Shown: positions 48,010-58,742, counted from the first letter of the stretch. The stretch is 64,000 nucleotides of DNA from a bacterium (GCA_043811375.1 JBDRNJ010000072.1:96001-160000), one strand, 5' to 3'. A program made the numbers and translations. Notes: generated by a model from the letters alone, not told the origin.

Positions 48010-51000
48010 ATGAAGGTAAAAAAGCACGAACAACAACGGTTGTTATTCGGGTCACGCGATTCCGTTCTGGAGGCGGCTGATAAGCTGGTAAACGCTGCTA
48101 ATGATCTTATGCGTACTTCCAATACTGAAGAGGACTTGCGCATCGGGTTTGAAAAAGCGCTGGAGCCTTTATGCAGAAGTATAGGGATCAAACTTGAGCC
48201 AAGATATGAAAAGTATGCCAAGTTCACAAGGGTGTTCTCTGACGTGATGCATGGACGGGTTCTTATTGAATACGAAAACCCAGGTGCCTTTAAATCTCAA
48301 AAATGGATAGAACACGCATATGACCAGCTATTTGACCAAATCCAGGGCGAAGCAAAGGCCGAGAAAGAAACCCTATTCCTTTTTGACCCAAAATTTGTAG
48401 GAGTCGCTTTTGACGGCAAACAAATATTTTTTGTTCGCTACAGGGGAGAGAAAAATAAAGCTAAAATCACCCTTAATAAAAGAGATTTTATTCTAGAAGG
48501 CCCCCATCCTTTTGACCAGCAAAGCGCACGCACACTGCTTACCTATTTGCGCGCACTCTCCCGCAAACTCCTGACCGCCGTGAACCTCGCGGAGGTCTTC
48601 GGGCCCAAAAGCAAGGTTGCTCCTATGGCTGTCTCCGCTTTTGCGGACGCGCTGGAGCACTGGGGCGGCGACAGGGTGAAGGTCTTCTTTAACGAGTGGA
48701 AGCGGCTTTTTGGCATTGTCTACGGGGAAAGGTTCGGTGCCCACTCGGCCGAGGACGCCAATGCGCTTTCAAAGCAATATAACGTGGGCAGGAAGACCAA
48801 CCTTCAGGAGCTTCTTTTTTCGGTCCACACCTATTTCGCTCTTCTTATGAAGTTTATTGCAGCCGAACTCATCACCTTCAAGGAGAGCTCCTTTTCGGCG
48901 TCGTTTTCCCACGATCTCACGCATTGCTCAAAGAACGGACTTAAGGCCCGGCTTGCCGATATCGAGGACGGGGGGGTATACGCCAAACGGGGCATAACGA
49001 ATTTTCTGGAGGGCGATTTTTTCAGGTGGTATCTTGATGCCTTCTCTCCTCGACTTGAGGATGCCGTGAGGGAGATCGCCAGGGGACTCTCGGAGTTCGA
49101 GCCTGCCACAACAATGATCGATCCTGAGTCAACCCGAGACCTATTGAAAAAGCTGTATCAGTATCTGGTGCCACAACAGGTGCGGCATAACCTGGGCGAA
49201 TACTATACCCCTGACTGGCTAGCGGAGCTTGTCCTGGACGAGACTGGGTACAAGGGCAATCTCAAAAAGCGGCTCCTCGACCCGGCCTGTGGCTCCGGCA
49301 CGTTCCTCGTGCTGGCCATAAAGCGTGCCATAGAGCACGGTAAAGAATATCGTTATTCGCCCCTTGAGACTGTCAAGAGCATTGTCGAAAACATATGGGG
49401 TTTCGATCTTAACCCATTGGCTGTTATTGCGGCGCGTACCAACTACCTTTTTGCACTGGGCGACATGATCTCGGAACTGCCCTCCTTCGAGGTGCCTGTG
49501 TATCTGGCCGATTCGGTCTTGTGGCCTGAAAGAAGACAGATCCACATTACAGCATCGGAATCAGTTGAAATACCCACTTCCGTTCAGACCTTTCTGGTAC
49601 CGAAGGTCTGGGTCGAGAACAAGGGCTTCCATATGACCAGGGCCGCACCCCTCGTTGAGAAAATGTCAAGAGAGCGCTACGAAGTCTCCGAGGCCATGGA
49701 GAGGTTCAAAAAGGAAGGTCTTGCCTTTCCGCCACACGAGGAGGCTGTTCAATGCTTCTACGCCGACATACTGAAGCTCGAAAAGGAAGGGAAAAACGGT
49801 ATCTGGGCGCGCTTTCTTAAGAACTCTTTCGCCCCTCAGACGGCTGGAAAGTTTGATTACGTAGCTGGAAATCCTCCCTGGATAAGGTGGGATTACCTTT
49901 CCCAAGAGTACCGCGCTGCGACGCTTTCCCTCTGGCAGGAATACGGCCTTTTTTCACTCAAGGGATTTCAGAGTAGACTTGGCGGTGGGAAGAAAGATTT
50001 TTCCATGCTTTTTACCTATGCCTCCGCCGACCACTACCTCAATGACAAGGGCAGACTCGGCTTTCTTATAACCCAAGAGGTCTTCAAGTCCAAGGGCGCG
50101 GGTGAGGGTTTCCGGAAGTTCTGTCTTGGGCCAAACGGCAAGCCGCTCAAGGTCTTGAAGGCCCACGACCTCGTAACCGTACAGCCCTTCGAGGGAGCCG
50201 CCAACAAAACTGCCGCTATAGTTTTAGAGAAGGGGCGATCTACTAAGTATCCTGTCCCATATACAGTGTGGACACGCAAAAAGAAGGTCGGGAGGATACC
50301 AACGGACTTCGTGCTAAAAGAGGCGTTACAGTTACTCCAAAAAGAGAAGCTGTCGGCACAACCGATGGGCTCTAAGTTGGGTGCTTGGCAAACTTATCCC
50401 TTAGAATCAGAGGATTTAACGAAGATACAAGGTAAGAATTATTATACTGCCCATTCTGGTGCTTATATTTCTCCTTACGGAGTATTCTGGTTGAAAATTA
50501 AACAAGTGTTATCTAACGGTGACTTGCTTGTTGAAAACCTTACCGAAAAAGGGAAGACAAAAATTCCTAAATTAGAAGAAACAATTGAGCAAGATTTAGT
50601 TTATCCCGGCCTGCGTGGCTCGGATATTCAAAGGTGGCAAGCAACTCCTAAAATACATGTTTTGCTTACCCAAGACCCATCTAAACGGGAACCATATCCA
50701 GAAGCAGTTATGAAAAGAGAGTGGCCAAGAACTTATGGATATCTAACAAAATTCAAAGGAATTTTACAGTCAAGAGCATCAAAGATATTACAAGATTTGG
50801 CACGAAAAACTTCTTTTTACGCAGTTTTCGGAGTTGCAAATTATACAATGAGTAATTATAAGGTCGTATGGAAACGAATGACTAATGATTTAATCGCAAC
50901 AGTTATTTCACAAACGAAAACATCGTTCGGGTATAAAACTATCATCCCTTTTGAAACAACAGCCCTGATTGCTACCGATAACGAATCCGAAGCCCATTAT

Positions 51001-51261
51001 CTCTGCGCTATTATCAATTCAAAACCAGTTCGCGATTTTATTAAGTCATTTTCTTCCGCTGGCCGGGGCTTTGGCACACCTTCAGTGATGAACTATGTAG
51101 GGATTCCTATGTTCGACCGGGGGAACAAGATACACAGCGAGCTCGCGCGCCTTTCCAAGATGCTACACAAACTCAAAAAAGAGGATAAAACAGACGAAAT
51201 CCCCGGCTTTGAGAAGGAAGTGAACAAACAAGCGCGAAAGATGTTTGGAATCAAAGAATAA
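48010..51261 (+). CDS. Type IIG-like fused restriction endonuclease / N6-adenine methyltransferase with C-terminal TRD
   Basis: N-terminal E...D...IEYE nuclease-like segment, GEYYTPDWLA, LDPACGSGTF (motif I), GFDLNP, GNPPW (motif IV), YKVVW and YLCAIINS. Confidence 0.88.
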   Translation: MKVKKHEQQRLLFGSRDSVLEAADKLVNAANDLMRTSNTEEDLRIGFEKALEPLCRSIGIKLEPRYEKYAKFTRVFSDVMHGRVLIEYENPGAFKSQKWIEHAYDQLFDQIQGEAKAEKETLFLFDPKFVGVAFDGKQIFFVRYRGEKNKAKITLNKRDFILEGPHPFDQQSARTLLTYLRALSRKLLTAVNLAEVFGPKSKVAPMAVSAFADALEHWGGDRVKVFFNEWKRLFGIVYGERFGAHSAEDANALSKQYNVGRKTNLQELLFSVHTYFALLMKFIAAELITFKESSFSASFSHDLTHCSKNGLKARLADIEDGGVYAKRGITNFLEGDFFRWYLDAFSPRLEDAVREIARGLSEFEPATTMIDPESTRDLLKKLYQYLVPQQVRHNLGEYYTPDWLAELVLDETGYKGNLKKRLLDPACGSGTFLVLAIKRAIEHGKEYRYSPLETVKSIVENIWGFDLNPLAVIAARTNYLFALGDMISELPSFEVPVYLADSVLWPERRQIHITASESVEIPTSVQTFLVPKVWVENKGFHMTRAAPLVEKMSRERYEVSEAMERFKKEGLAFPPHEEAVQCFYADILKLEKEGKNGIWARFLKNSFAPQTAGKFDYVAGNPPWIRWDYLSQEYRAATLSLWQEYGLFSLKGFQSRLGGGKKDFSMLFTYASADHYLNDKGRLGFLITQEVFKSKGAGEGFRKFCLGPNGKPLKVLKAHDLVTVQPFEGAANKTAAIVLEKGRSTKYPVPYTVWTRKKKVGRIPTDFVLKEALQLLQKEKLSAQPMGSKLGAWQTYPLESEDLTKIQGKNYYTAHSGAYISPYGVFWLKIKQVLSNGDLLVENLTEKGKTKIPKLEETIEQDLVYPGLRGSDIQRWQATPKIHVLLTQDPSKREPYPEAVMKREWPRTYGYLTKFKGILQSRASKILQDLARKTSFYAVFGVANYTMSNYKVVWKRMTNDLIATVISQTKTSFGYKTIIPFETTALIATDNESEAHYLCAIINSKPVRDFIKSFSSAGRGFGTPSVMNYVGIPMFDRGNKIHSELARLSKMLHKLKKEDKTDEIPGFEKEVNKQARKMFGIKE

Positions 51262-51367
51262 GCCTGTGTGGCCGCGATCTCTGATCGCGGTTCACCAACC
51301 ACGCACTTTCCCTACAACTTTTTACCAGATAACTGCCCTTCCCCTTATGTTATAGAAAGGCACAATT

Positions 51368-51889
51368 ATGTCAGGCACTAGCCCGAAGCAGCTCGAGGCC
51401 AACCGGCGCAACGCACCGCGCTCCACCGGCCCCCGGACTCCCGCAGGCAAATCGCGCGTGAAATTCAACGCGCTCAAGCATGGCCTGTTGGCGAAGTCCG
51501 TCATCCTGCCCATCCGCAGCCGCTCCGAAAAACGGAGCCACTTCGATGCCCTCCTGGCGCAGCTGATCGACGAACTCAAACCGGTTGGCATCCTGGAAGA
51601 TATGCTGGTGGAGAAAATTGCTGTGTCGTACTGGCGCCTGCGCCGCGCCCTCCGCGCCGAAGCCGGCGAAATCTGTGACAACATCCGCGATTTCCGCCGG
51701 TATCCCTACGCCACCGACCCCGCTACTCTCGCCCTTCCTTCATCCCGCGATACCCTCAAGATCGTCCGCTACCAAAATGCCATCGAGCGTCAGCTTCATC
51801 GGGCTATCACCCAACTACAACGCCTGCAAGATCACCGTTGCCTTTCCCACGCTAACACCTCGGAGACACCGCCTATCGACGAAAAATAA
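51368..51889 (+). CDS. Conserved hypothetical protein (ANRRNA-STGPRT-GK-NALKHGL family)
   Basis: N-terminal SPKQLEANRRNAPRSTGPRTPAGKSRVKFNALKHGL, WRLRRA, RYQNAIERQLHRAI; AAAGG RBS. Confidence 0.7.
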   Translation: MSGTSPKQLEANRRNAPRSTGPRTPAGKSRVKFNALKHGLLAKSVILPIRSRSEKRSHFDALLAQLIDELKPVGILEDMLVEKIAVSYWRLRRALRAEAGEICDNIRDFRRYPYATDPATLALPSSRDTLKIVRYQNAIERQLHRAITQLQRLQDHRCLSHANTSETPPIDEK

Positions 51890-52121
51890 CGAAATTACGA
51901 AACAAACCCATTTTCATCCGTCCGTTCAGTCTGGATACAGTAGGTCAGTATCCTTGCGGTGACGACGAATGCTTGAATTGGCAGATTTCAATAAGATGGC
52001 ATATACAAGACTATCAACGTAAAACTCTGTATTTGATCGGACCCCACTGGGCTCTCGACGTGCGTGGCATCCTGACCTTGATCTGGTCCGGGATGTGGTT
52101 CAACATACAGTTGCAAACCGC

Positions 52122-53093
52122 TCACTGAGCATCAATACTGAAGTATTCCTCCAGCAGCAGGTAGTTCATCCTGGCTTCGTGGTTGAGCCGGTTGAAATCA
52201 TCAGTCTTTAGCCTGCCATCGTCTCCGAGCCTGACCAGCGCAAACGAATTGAACTCACGCTTCTGTTCGTCGACAGCCTCAAGCCGATCCGTGATTTCAT
52301 CAGGCGTTAATTGTGAGCGTATCAGGCAGAATATCTGAGGTCTTTCGCCACGGAAGACTTCACGCGCGTAAGCCAGTGGGGTAACAGCGAATTCCGACTC
52401 GTCCAGATTCAGTTCCTCGGTGACCTCTTGTTTCATCGCCCGGACGGCCAACTCGGCCAGATGACCATATCCCGGCGCGTAGTCGACCGCACCGGCGGCA
52501 GAGGGTCCGACGGATCCTTCCAGCGAGGCGACCGTGTCTGATCGCAACACCAAAAGTAGATACTGCCGATTGCCCTGCTTCAGCAACAGCCAGCCACAGA
52601 TTCCGAGACATACCGCCAGCGGGTTTTGTTTCAGTCCCGGTTCCGGATATTTGATCTTGTAGTAATTCCTCAGGTATTCCCCCTGCCCGGCAAATAACGG
52701 ATGAGGATAGTCGAGAGCAAAGCAACTACCCGCCTGGACGGAATAAGAACAGGGCTGGACCGTCATGTTGTACGGTCTCGAATCCAGGCTGATGTCTACA
52801 ACTTTCATAGCCTCGGGACCATCATAAAGGCGACCCTCTTTTCGCAGTAGGTCGGTCATCAGATATGCATATTCGGCAATAGAACTGTCGCAGAATTCAA
52901 ATCGGTCGGGGAGGTACTTGATCCTGATCTCCTGCGGATCAAGAGCGCCAGGACCGTAGAAACGGGCAATATCAATGTAACCGGAGTCGTACCGGCGATC
53001 AGCACCCGCCATTCGAACCCGAATCTGAGCCGGGGAACCGAAATGGCGAGCCAGAAAACGCTCGAAGCGATTGTAATTAAGGTACTTCATCAC
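52122..53093 (-). CDS. Nudix-fold-like hypothetical protein
   Basis: LVLRSDTV...AAGAVD...AMKQEVTEELNL degenerate Nudix box; 4 nt overlap with the upstream gene. Confidence 0.55.
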   Translation of the reverse strand: MMKYLNYNRFERFLARHFGSPAQIRVRMAGADRRYDSGYIDIARFYGPGALDPQEIRIKYLPDRFEFCDSSIAEYAYLMTDLLRKEGRLYDGPEAMKVVDISLDSRPYNMTVQPCSYSVQAGSCFALDYPHPLFAGQGEYLRNYYKIKYPEPGLKQNPLAVCLGICGWLLLKQGNRQYLLLVLRSDTVASLEGSVGPSAAGAVDYAPGYGHLAELAVRAMKQEVTEELNLDESEFAVTPLAYAREVFRGERPQIFCLIRSQLTPDEITDRLEAVDEQKREFNSFALVRLGDDGRLKTDDFNRLNHEARMNYLLLEEYFSIDAQ

Positions 53094-54019
53094 AAGAGGA
53101 AAATCATCGCCACGCCGGCTACCGTGACAACGGCACCCACGGCAGCTCTGAAGGTCACCTTCTCCTTATACCACCGGGCTACCAGTGGCAACACCAGGAC
53201 GGGTGTAGTCGAATTGAGCGTCGCCGCCAGACCGGCCGGTATGTATTTGACCGAGACCAGAGACATCCAGACACCCAGAAACGGTCCCACAATCGCTCCG
53301 GCGACACAAAACGACAGCGCCCGGCCGTTTTTCATGGCGCGGATCGTTTGTATCATTTGGCCTCGACCGGCAGCCAGAATCCAAATGACCACCAGCGACA
53401 CGACCATACGCACATAAGCCGCCTCAAGCGGCGCCAAGTCACCACCGGCACCAACCATGCCCTGTTTGGCCAGTACCAATCCCGCAGCCTGTCCCAGTGC
53501 CGCCACTATGCCCAGCAGCACCCCTTTGAACAGGGTACCCCGATCGGGGTGGTCCTGATCAAGTCCGAAGCGGTTGTCACTATCGTACCTGCGCTCCAGC
53601 ACCACCCAGGTAATACCGCCCAGTGTCACGGCGATACCCAGCAGGTTCATCAGGCTGAGGTGTTCTCCCAGAAACGGCCAGGCCATAATCGTGGCCATAA
53701 CGGGAGCGCCGGCGTAAATCAAAGTTGCCAGCCGGGGACCGATCATTACCAGCGCTTTGAAACCGCAACCGTCCCCGATCACCAGCCCGACCACACCGGA
53801 CAGTCCCAGCCAGAACAGTTGCTGTTGGTTCAAATCCCGGGGCCACAGAGACCCGGTGGTCAACAGTACCACTACCGCATACACTACCACCGCCACCAGC
53901 AGGCGGATATTGTTAACGGTAAAAGAGCCGACCAGCCGTCCGGCCTGGGCGAAAAATATCGACGTGAAAGCCCACAAAAGAGCGGTGGCCAGTCCGGCCA
54001 GTTCACCTGTATATGGCAT
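53090..54019 (-). CDS. DMT/EamA family transporter
   Basis: Ten TM segments in two repeats; LSGVVGLVIGD, FLGEHLS, LNSTTPV, KEKVT. Confidence 0.9.
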   Translation of the reverse strand: MPYTGELAGLATALLWAFTSIFFAQAGRLVGSFTVNNIRLLVAVVVYAVVVLLTTGSLWPRDLNQQQLFWLGLSGVVGLVIGDGCGFKALVMIGPRLATLIYAGAPVMATIMAWPFLGEHLSLMNLLGIAVTLGGITWVVLERRYDSDNRFGLDQDHPDRGTLFKGVLLGIVAALGQAAGLVLAKQGMVGAGGDLAPLEAAYVRMVVSLVVIWILAAGRGQMIQTIRAMKNGRALSFCVAGAIVGPFLGVWMSLVSVKYIPAGLAATLNSTTPVLVLPLVARWYKEKVTFRAAVGAVVTVAGVAMIFLL

Positions 54020-54024
54020 GAGGG

Positions 54025-54053
54025 AATATATCGCGGGTAATGAACAAGGTCAA
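54025..54053 (-). promoter_or_regulatory. Leaderless sigma70 promoter of the EamA gene
   Basis: TTGACC-N17-TATATT-N5-ATG. Confidence 0.7.
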
Positions 54054-54111
54054 CCGGACCGGGGCCGGGGTAGCGGTGGAAACTTGTGGAGGGTATTCAG
54101 AAATGACTGTC

Positions 54112-54552
54112 TCAGGGAACAATCAGGCTCAGCTTGAACATGACGGAGCTGTTATCGTAATAGGCCAGCAGCTTCATATTGGGCGGCAGGAGCATCGATG
54201 AGGCGACGCCACCGACATCCACCAGTAGATCCCGACGGGACCAGCCTTCGCGATAGCCGTCATCGACCTCTTTCAGCAATCCCATACCGAGAGCAAAAAC
54301 ACCGGCCAGTGTCTTGTCCCTGACAATCTGGTGAGTAATTTCCGTCAGCGCATATGTACCCATGTAGTGGGTCCACTTGTCGGGGGCTTTGATATACCAA
54401 TTCTGATGATCGACATAGTACCAGGGATCACTGTCCAGATCCAGTCGTTTGAATTGACCGTCTCGGGGGTAGGACCCGGCCTGAGACTGCCCGAACAGGG
54501 CAACCGTCAGGCAGGCAGCAATTGACCACAGGCGTAAGATTCTGAGCGACAT
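54112..54552 (-). CDS. Exported YfiM/DUF2279-like protein
   Basis: Signal peptide; DKWTHYMG, GLLKEVDD, GWSRRDLLVDVGG pattern. Confidence 0.6.
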   Translation of the reverse strand: MSLRILRLWSIAACLTVALFGQSQAGSYPRDGQFKRLDLDSDPWYYVDHQNWYIKAPDKWTHYMGTYALTEITHQIVRDKTLAGVFALGMGLLKEVDDGYREGWSRRDLLVDVGGVASSMLLPPNMKLLAYYDNSSVMFKLSLIVP

Positions 54553-54580
54553 AAAAGTTTCCTTTCAGAATCCCTCATGG

Positions 54581-54704
54581 CGCAAGCCTTGTGCCTCCGA
54601 ACGTTTTTTGTCAGATGAGTGTATCTTGTTGGGTTGGTGTTACTTACGCAGATGTCGGTAATTGCACACGGGTGCAATCACCTGACGGTCTGCAGAATTG
54701 TGCA
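54581..54704 (-). promoter_or_regulatory. Candidate sigma54 promoter with two upstream activator sites
   Basis: Minus strand AGGCACAAGGCTTGCG (GG-N10-GC) at 54581-54596; TGCA-N6-TGCA at 54663-54676 and 54691-54704. Confidence 0.6.
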
Positions 54705-54801
54705 GAGATTGGGGTGGGGGGGTGCGGATGGAGAGAGAGGGATCAGGAAACAAGCCGGATCTCATGCTGATATTGGAGTATTGATGGCGCCTTCGGAAGT
54801 T

Positions 54802-56034
54802 CTATCTGCACGGGGTCATCTCCTCCGATAAGAACGACTGTCCACATCGGCTGATGCCTGCCACGATAAAAGCCATGGCATTTGTGTGTGTAAGATTGTA
54901 TATCCACCTGTGTTGCCCCGAATCCGGAGTCATGAAGTCGGCACTAATCGAACCGTTGTAGGGTTCCCAACATATGATCGGCGTGCCAAAGACGAGTGTA
55001 TCGAAGGCGACGGTAACGGTGTTCTCGTCGCAATTAGTGGCGACAGCCAAGCCAAAGGAGTCAGGACAGTAGATTCCCACAAGCAGGCTTATGGCATCTG
55101 AAGCGGTGCAGTACCTGTATGCAACACCATACCTACTACTCAGGTCGGCTAATATTTGCTGCACTGCCGCTGCTCGCGTTTTGAGCGTGTTGTTTTTTCT
55201 GTTTGTGCCACCGTAGTTGTGACAGTAGTATGCAAAGATGACATCTTCACCTGCAGATGCTCTTTCAAAGAGAGCCCGTAAATGTGTCGTATCGGGTCTG
55301 TCGACGCATCTCACAACTTGTCGAGAGAGTGAACCACGCCTAAAGACGTTCTTCAGACTCGGTCGGTATGCAATAACGCTGAGGTCGATATCCGGCCAGT
55401 TGTTTGAATAATCAAACGGGATGAGACTGTCCAGCCAGTTGCTGAAATCAGTGTTTTCCCAGTTCCATCCGGAACGAAACGAAGCCGGATAGACACGGTT
55501 CAGATACACAAACGAAGCCATCTGGTCGAAGGCAAGCCGCCGATCTGTTTTTTCGCAGTAGACCGAGTCGGAAAAGGTTCGTATCAGTTTCCATCCCTTC
55601 GCCTTGCGCCGTTCGTCCCAACACCAGTCCGCGTGATGGTAGTGCCAAGCCACTTCGTCACCGTGACTCAGCACCCTATCTTTGAATTGCTCCAGAAATC
55701 TCTCGGGTATAGCGTTGATACCTTGAGGGGTATGCCGGTATCCTTCTATGGTCATTAGAAACCAGGTGAACTTGACGTGTCCGCCAAAACTGTCTGTCAG
55801 GCTGTCCCGCCATGCAGTCTCAAACGTTTGATCGATGAGATTTCCCGGAACAAAGGTATTCATGTTTAGTGATTGGGAATAGCAATAGTAGTTGAAGGCG
55901 TTTGATTCCGTATCAACGCAGTCGACAACATATACAATTCCTGGTACTCGCTTTTTGAGGAACCGGCCCCCCATACACGCAGACATAAGGAAACATGCAC
56001 CGACCGCAAACATAAATGCTGACGGCTTTATCAT
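54802..56034 (-). CDS. Putative lipoprotein, polysaccharide deacetylase-like metal hydrolase fold
   Basis: LMSAC lipobox-like; VDCVDTE, KFTWF, GDEVAWHYHH and SFRSGW motifs. Confidence 0.5.
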   Translation of the reverse strand: MIKPSAFMFAVGACFLMSACMGGRFLKKRVPGIVYVVDCVDTESNAFNYYCYSQSLNMNTFVPGNLIDQTFETAWRDSLTDSFGGHVKFTWFLMTIEGYRHTPQGINAIPERFLEQFKDRVLSHGDEVAWHYHHADWCWDERRKAKGWKLIRTFSDSVYCEKTDRRLAFDQMASFVYLNRVYPASFRSGWNWENTDFSNWLDSLIPFDYSNNWPDIDLSVIAYRPSLKNVFRRGSLSRQVVRCVDRPDTTHLRALFERASAGEDVIFAYYCHNYGGTNRKNNTLKTRAAAVQQILADLSSRYGVAYRYCTASDAISLLVGIYCPDSFGLAVATNCDENTVTVAFDTLVFGTPIICWEPYNGSISADFMTPDSGQHRWIYNLTHTNAMAFIVAGISRCGQSFLSEEMTPCR

Positions 56035-56099
56035 TTCTTAAGAGCGCAATATGACGGCCGGATGCTGGAGTGTCCAAAGGGCCGTAGAATACTCGTAAC

Positions 56100-58526
56100 T
56101 CACCCCTCGTTCGCCACCCGCGCTACATCGATTACGACATCGCCGCCCTTCAGCGAGATCAGCCGCACGCCCTGGGTGTTGCGGCCGATGACTTTGATGT
56201 CCTTAACTGCCTGGCGGTTGGCGATGCCTTTTTTGGTGATCAGGATCAGTTCGTCACCGTCGAGGATTTCCTTGATCGTCACTACCTCGCCGTTGCGATC
56301 GGAGGTCTTGACATTGATGACTCCCTTGCCACCCCGGTTGGTCATGCGGTAATCGTCAATAGAGGTGCGCTTGCCGTAGCCGTTTTCAGTCACTACCAAA
56401 AGCGAGCTGTCACGCTTGACAACCACCATGCCGATGACATAGTCACCCTTGGCCAGGTTGATCCCCTTGACTCCGTAGGCGGTGCGGCCCATCGAGCGGA
56501 CTTTCTCCTCCTGGAAACGGATCGCCATCCCCTTACGGGTGGCCAGGACGATCTCATACGAGCCGTCGGTCAGAGCGGCCTCGATCAACTCATCGCCTTT
56601 GGGAATATTCATGGCGTTGACGCCGGTCACGCGCGGGTTAGCGAATGCATCCAGCGACGTTTTCTTGATGATACCAGCGCGGGTTGCCATGACGATAAAC
56701 ATATCCGGCGAGAAACTGCGTACTTTGCAGAAAGCGGTAACTTGCTCGTCTCGCTCCATGCTGCACATGTTGACAACCGGCTTACCCTTGGCCAGCTTGC
56801 CGCCGGTGGGTATAGCGTGCACTTTGACCCAGTAACACCGCCCCTTGCTGGAGAAGAACAGGATGTAGTCGTGGGTAGAGGCGATGAAGAGATGCTCGGC
56901 AAAATCATCTTCCCTGGTCTCAATGCCGATAACTCCCTTGCCGCCGCGCTGCTGCCGACGGTAGGCCGTAACCGAAAGACGTTTGACGTAACCGAGGTGC
57001 GAGATCGTTATCACCACCTCCTCTTCGGCGATCAGGTCTTCAACGGTGAGGTCCTCGGCCGCTTCCTGTATCTCGGTGCGGCGGTCGTCGCCGAATTTTT
57101 TCGCCAGTTGTTCGGTCTCGTCCTTGATGATCTGCATTCGCAGTTGTTTGGAGTCAAGAATCGACTTCAGTTCGCTGATCTTCTTGATCAGTTCACGGTA
57201 CTCTTCCTGGATTTTCTTTCGCTCCAGGCCGGTCAGGCGTTGCAACCGCATTTCCAGAATGGCCGTAGCCTGTTTATCCGACAGCTTAAACTTGTTCATA
57301 AGGCCGTCATGAGCGGTGGGCGTATCTTTGGACTTCTTGATCAGCGCGATCACTTCATCGATATGATCCAGCGCAATCCGGTAACCCTCGAGGATATGCG
57401 CCCGTTCCTCGGCTTTGCGCAACTCGAAGGTCGTCCGGCGCACCACTACTTCGTGACGATGGTCGACAAACGCGTCAAGCAGTTGTTTCAGGGTCAGCAG
57501 CCGGGGTTGACCGTGGTCCAGCCCCAGCAGCATGACTGAGAACGTTGTCTGCATGGTGGTATGTTTGTAGAGCTGGTTGAGCACCACCTCCGCCTGAACG
57601 TCGCGTTTGAGTTCGATAACAATGCGCATGCCGTCGCGGTCGGATTCATCGCGCAGATCGGAGATGCCCTCAATCCGCTTGTCGCGCACCAGGTCGGCGA
57701 TCTTCTCCAGCAGGTGTGATTTGTTGACCTGGTAAGGAATTTCGGAAACGATAATCATTTCCTTGCCGTTTTTCATCCGTTCCACAGCCACCCTGGCCCG
57801 CACGGGGATATGTCCCTTGCCGGTGGTGTAGGCCTGGTGTATCCCGGCACGGCCGTTGATTATTCCCCCGGTGGGAAAATCAGGTCCCGGCACCAGTTCT
57901 TTCAGATCCTCGTTAGTGCACTCCGGATCATCGATAACACGCGCAATTGCCCGGGCAATCTCGGTCAGGTTATGCGGAGGGATACTGGTCGCCATCCCGA
58001 CCGCGATACCCGTGGTCCCGTTGCACAGCAGATTGGGGAACTTGCCGGGCAGCACTTTCGGTTCCTTGCGGGTGACGTCATAGTTGGGCATAAAGTCGAC
58101 CGTTTCCTTCTCCAGGTCGGCCAGTACCTCGACGGCTATGGGAGACAGCCGCGCCTCCGTGTAACGCATCGCCGCCGCGCCGTCGCCGTCGACAGAACCG
58201 AAATTGCCCTGCCCGTCCACCAGCGGATAACGCATGCTGAAATCCTGCGCCATGCGCACCAGCGTCGGGTAGACCACCTGCTCGCCGTGGGGGTGGTAGT
58301 TACCGGACGTGTCGCCGGCGATCTTGGCACACTTGCGATGTGGCCGTCCCGGTGACAGGTGCAGGTCGTTCATGGCCACCAGGATGCGACGGTTGGACGG
58401 TTTCATGCCGTCGCGGATATCCGGCAGCGCCCGGTTGGTGATGACCGACATGGAGTAATCGAGGTAGGAGGATTTCATCTCCTCCTCAAGGAAGATGGTG
58501 TCGATTTTCTGTCGTTCAAGAGCCAT
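56100..58526 (-). CDS. gyrA: DNA gyrase subunit A
   Basis: [27 protein letters not shown] (catalytic Tyr), GyrA box QQRGGKG, beta-pinwheel repeats. Confidence 0.97.
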   Translation of the reverse strand: MALERQKIDTIFLEEEMKSSYLDYSMSVITNRALPDIRDGMKPSNRRILVAMNDLHLSPGRPHRKCAKIAGDTSGNYHPHGEQVVYPTLVRMAQDFSMRYPLVDGQGNFGSVDGDGAAAMRYTEARLSPIAVEVLADLEKETVDFMPNYDVTRKEPKVLPGKFPNLLCNGTTGIAVGMATSIPPHNLTEIARAIARVIDDPECTNEDLKELVPGPDFPTGGIINGRAGIHQAYTTGKGHIPVRARVAVERMKNGKEMIIVSEIPYQVNKSHLLEKIADLVRDKRIEGISDLRDESDRDGMRIVIELKRDVQAEVVLNQLYKHTTMQTTFSVMLLGLDHGQPRLLTLKQLLDAFVDHRHEVVVRRTTFELRKAEERAHILEGYRIALDHIDEVIALIKKSKDTPTAHDGLMNKFKLSDKQATAILEMRLQRLTGLERKKIQEEYRELIKKISELKSILDSKQLRMQIIKDETEQLAKKFGDDRRTEIQEAAEDLTVEDLIAEEEVVITISHLGYVKRLSVTAYRRQQRGGKGVIGIETREDDFAEHLFIASTHDYILFFSSKGRCYWVKVHAIPTGGKLAKGKPVVNMCSMERDEQVTAFCKVRSFSPDMFIVMATRAGIIKKTSLDAFANPRVTGVNAMNIPKGDELIEAALTDGSYEIVLATRKGMAIRFQEEKVRSMGRTAYGVKGINLAKGDYVIGMVVVKRDSSLLVVTENGYGKRTSIDDYRMTNRGGKGVINVKTSDRNGEVVTIKEILDGDELILITKKGIANRQAVKDIKVIGRNTQGVRLISLKGGDVVIDVARVANEG

Positions 58527-58742
58527 AAGGGGAACAAGTTCCTTTTATTTCATCAGGTATGTATCTCTATTTTCAATCCTTTAAGTTACGATTCAACTAC
58601 GCACAAAGCAACAAAAAAACCGGCGGCGGGCGGATTTATAATGTTGGGCGGCAGGGGGTTATGGGGAGCTCTCCGTGCAATGAAAAAGTGATGCTTGCAG
58701 CTTGTTTGATTGGAGAGAGGGGCGGACTGAAGATTGCTCACC

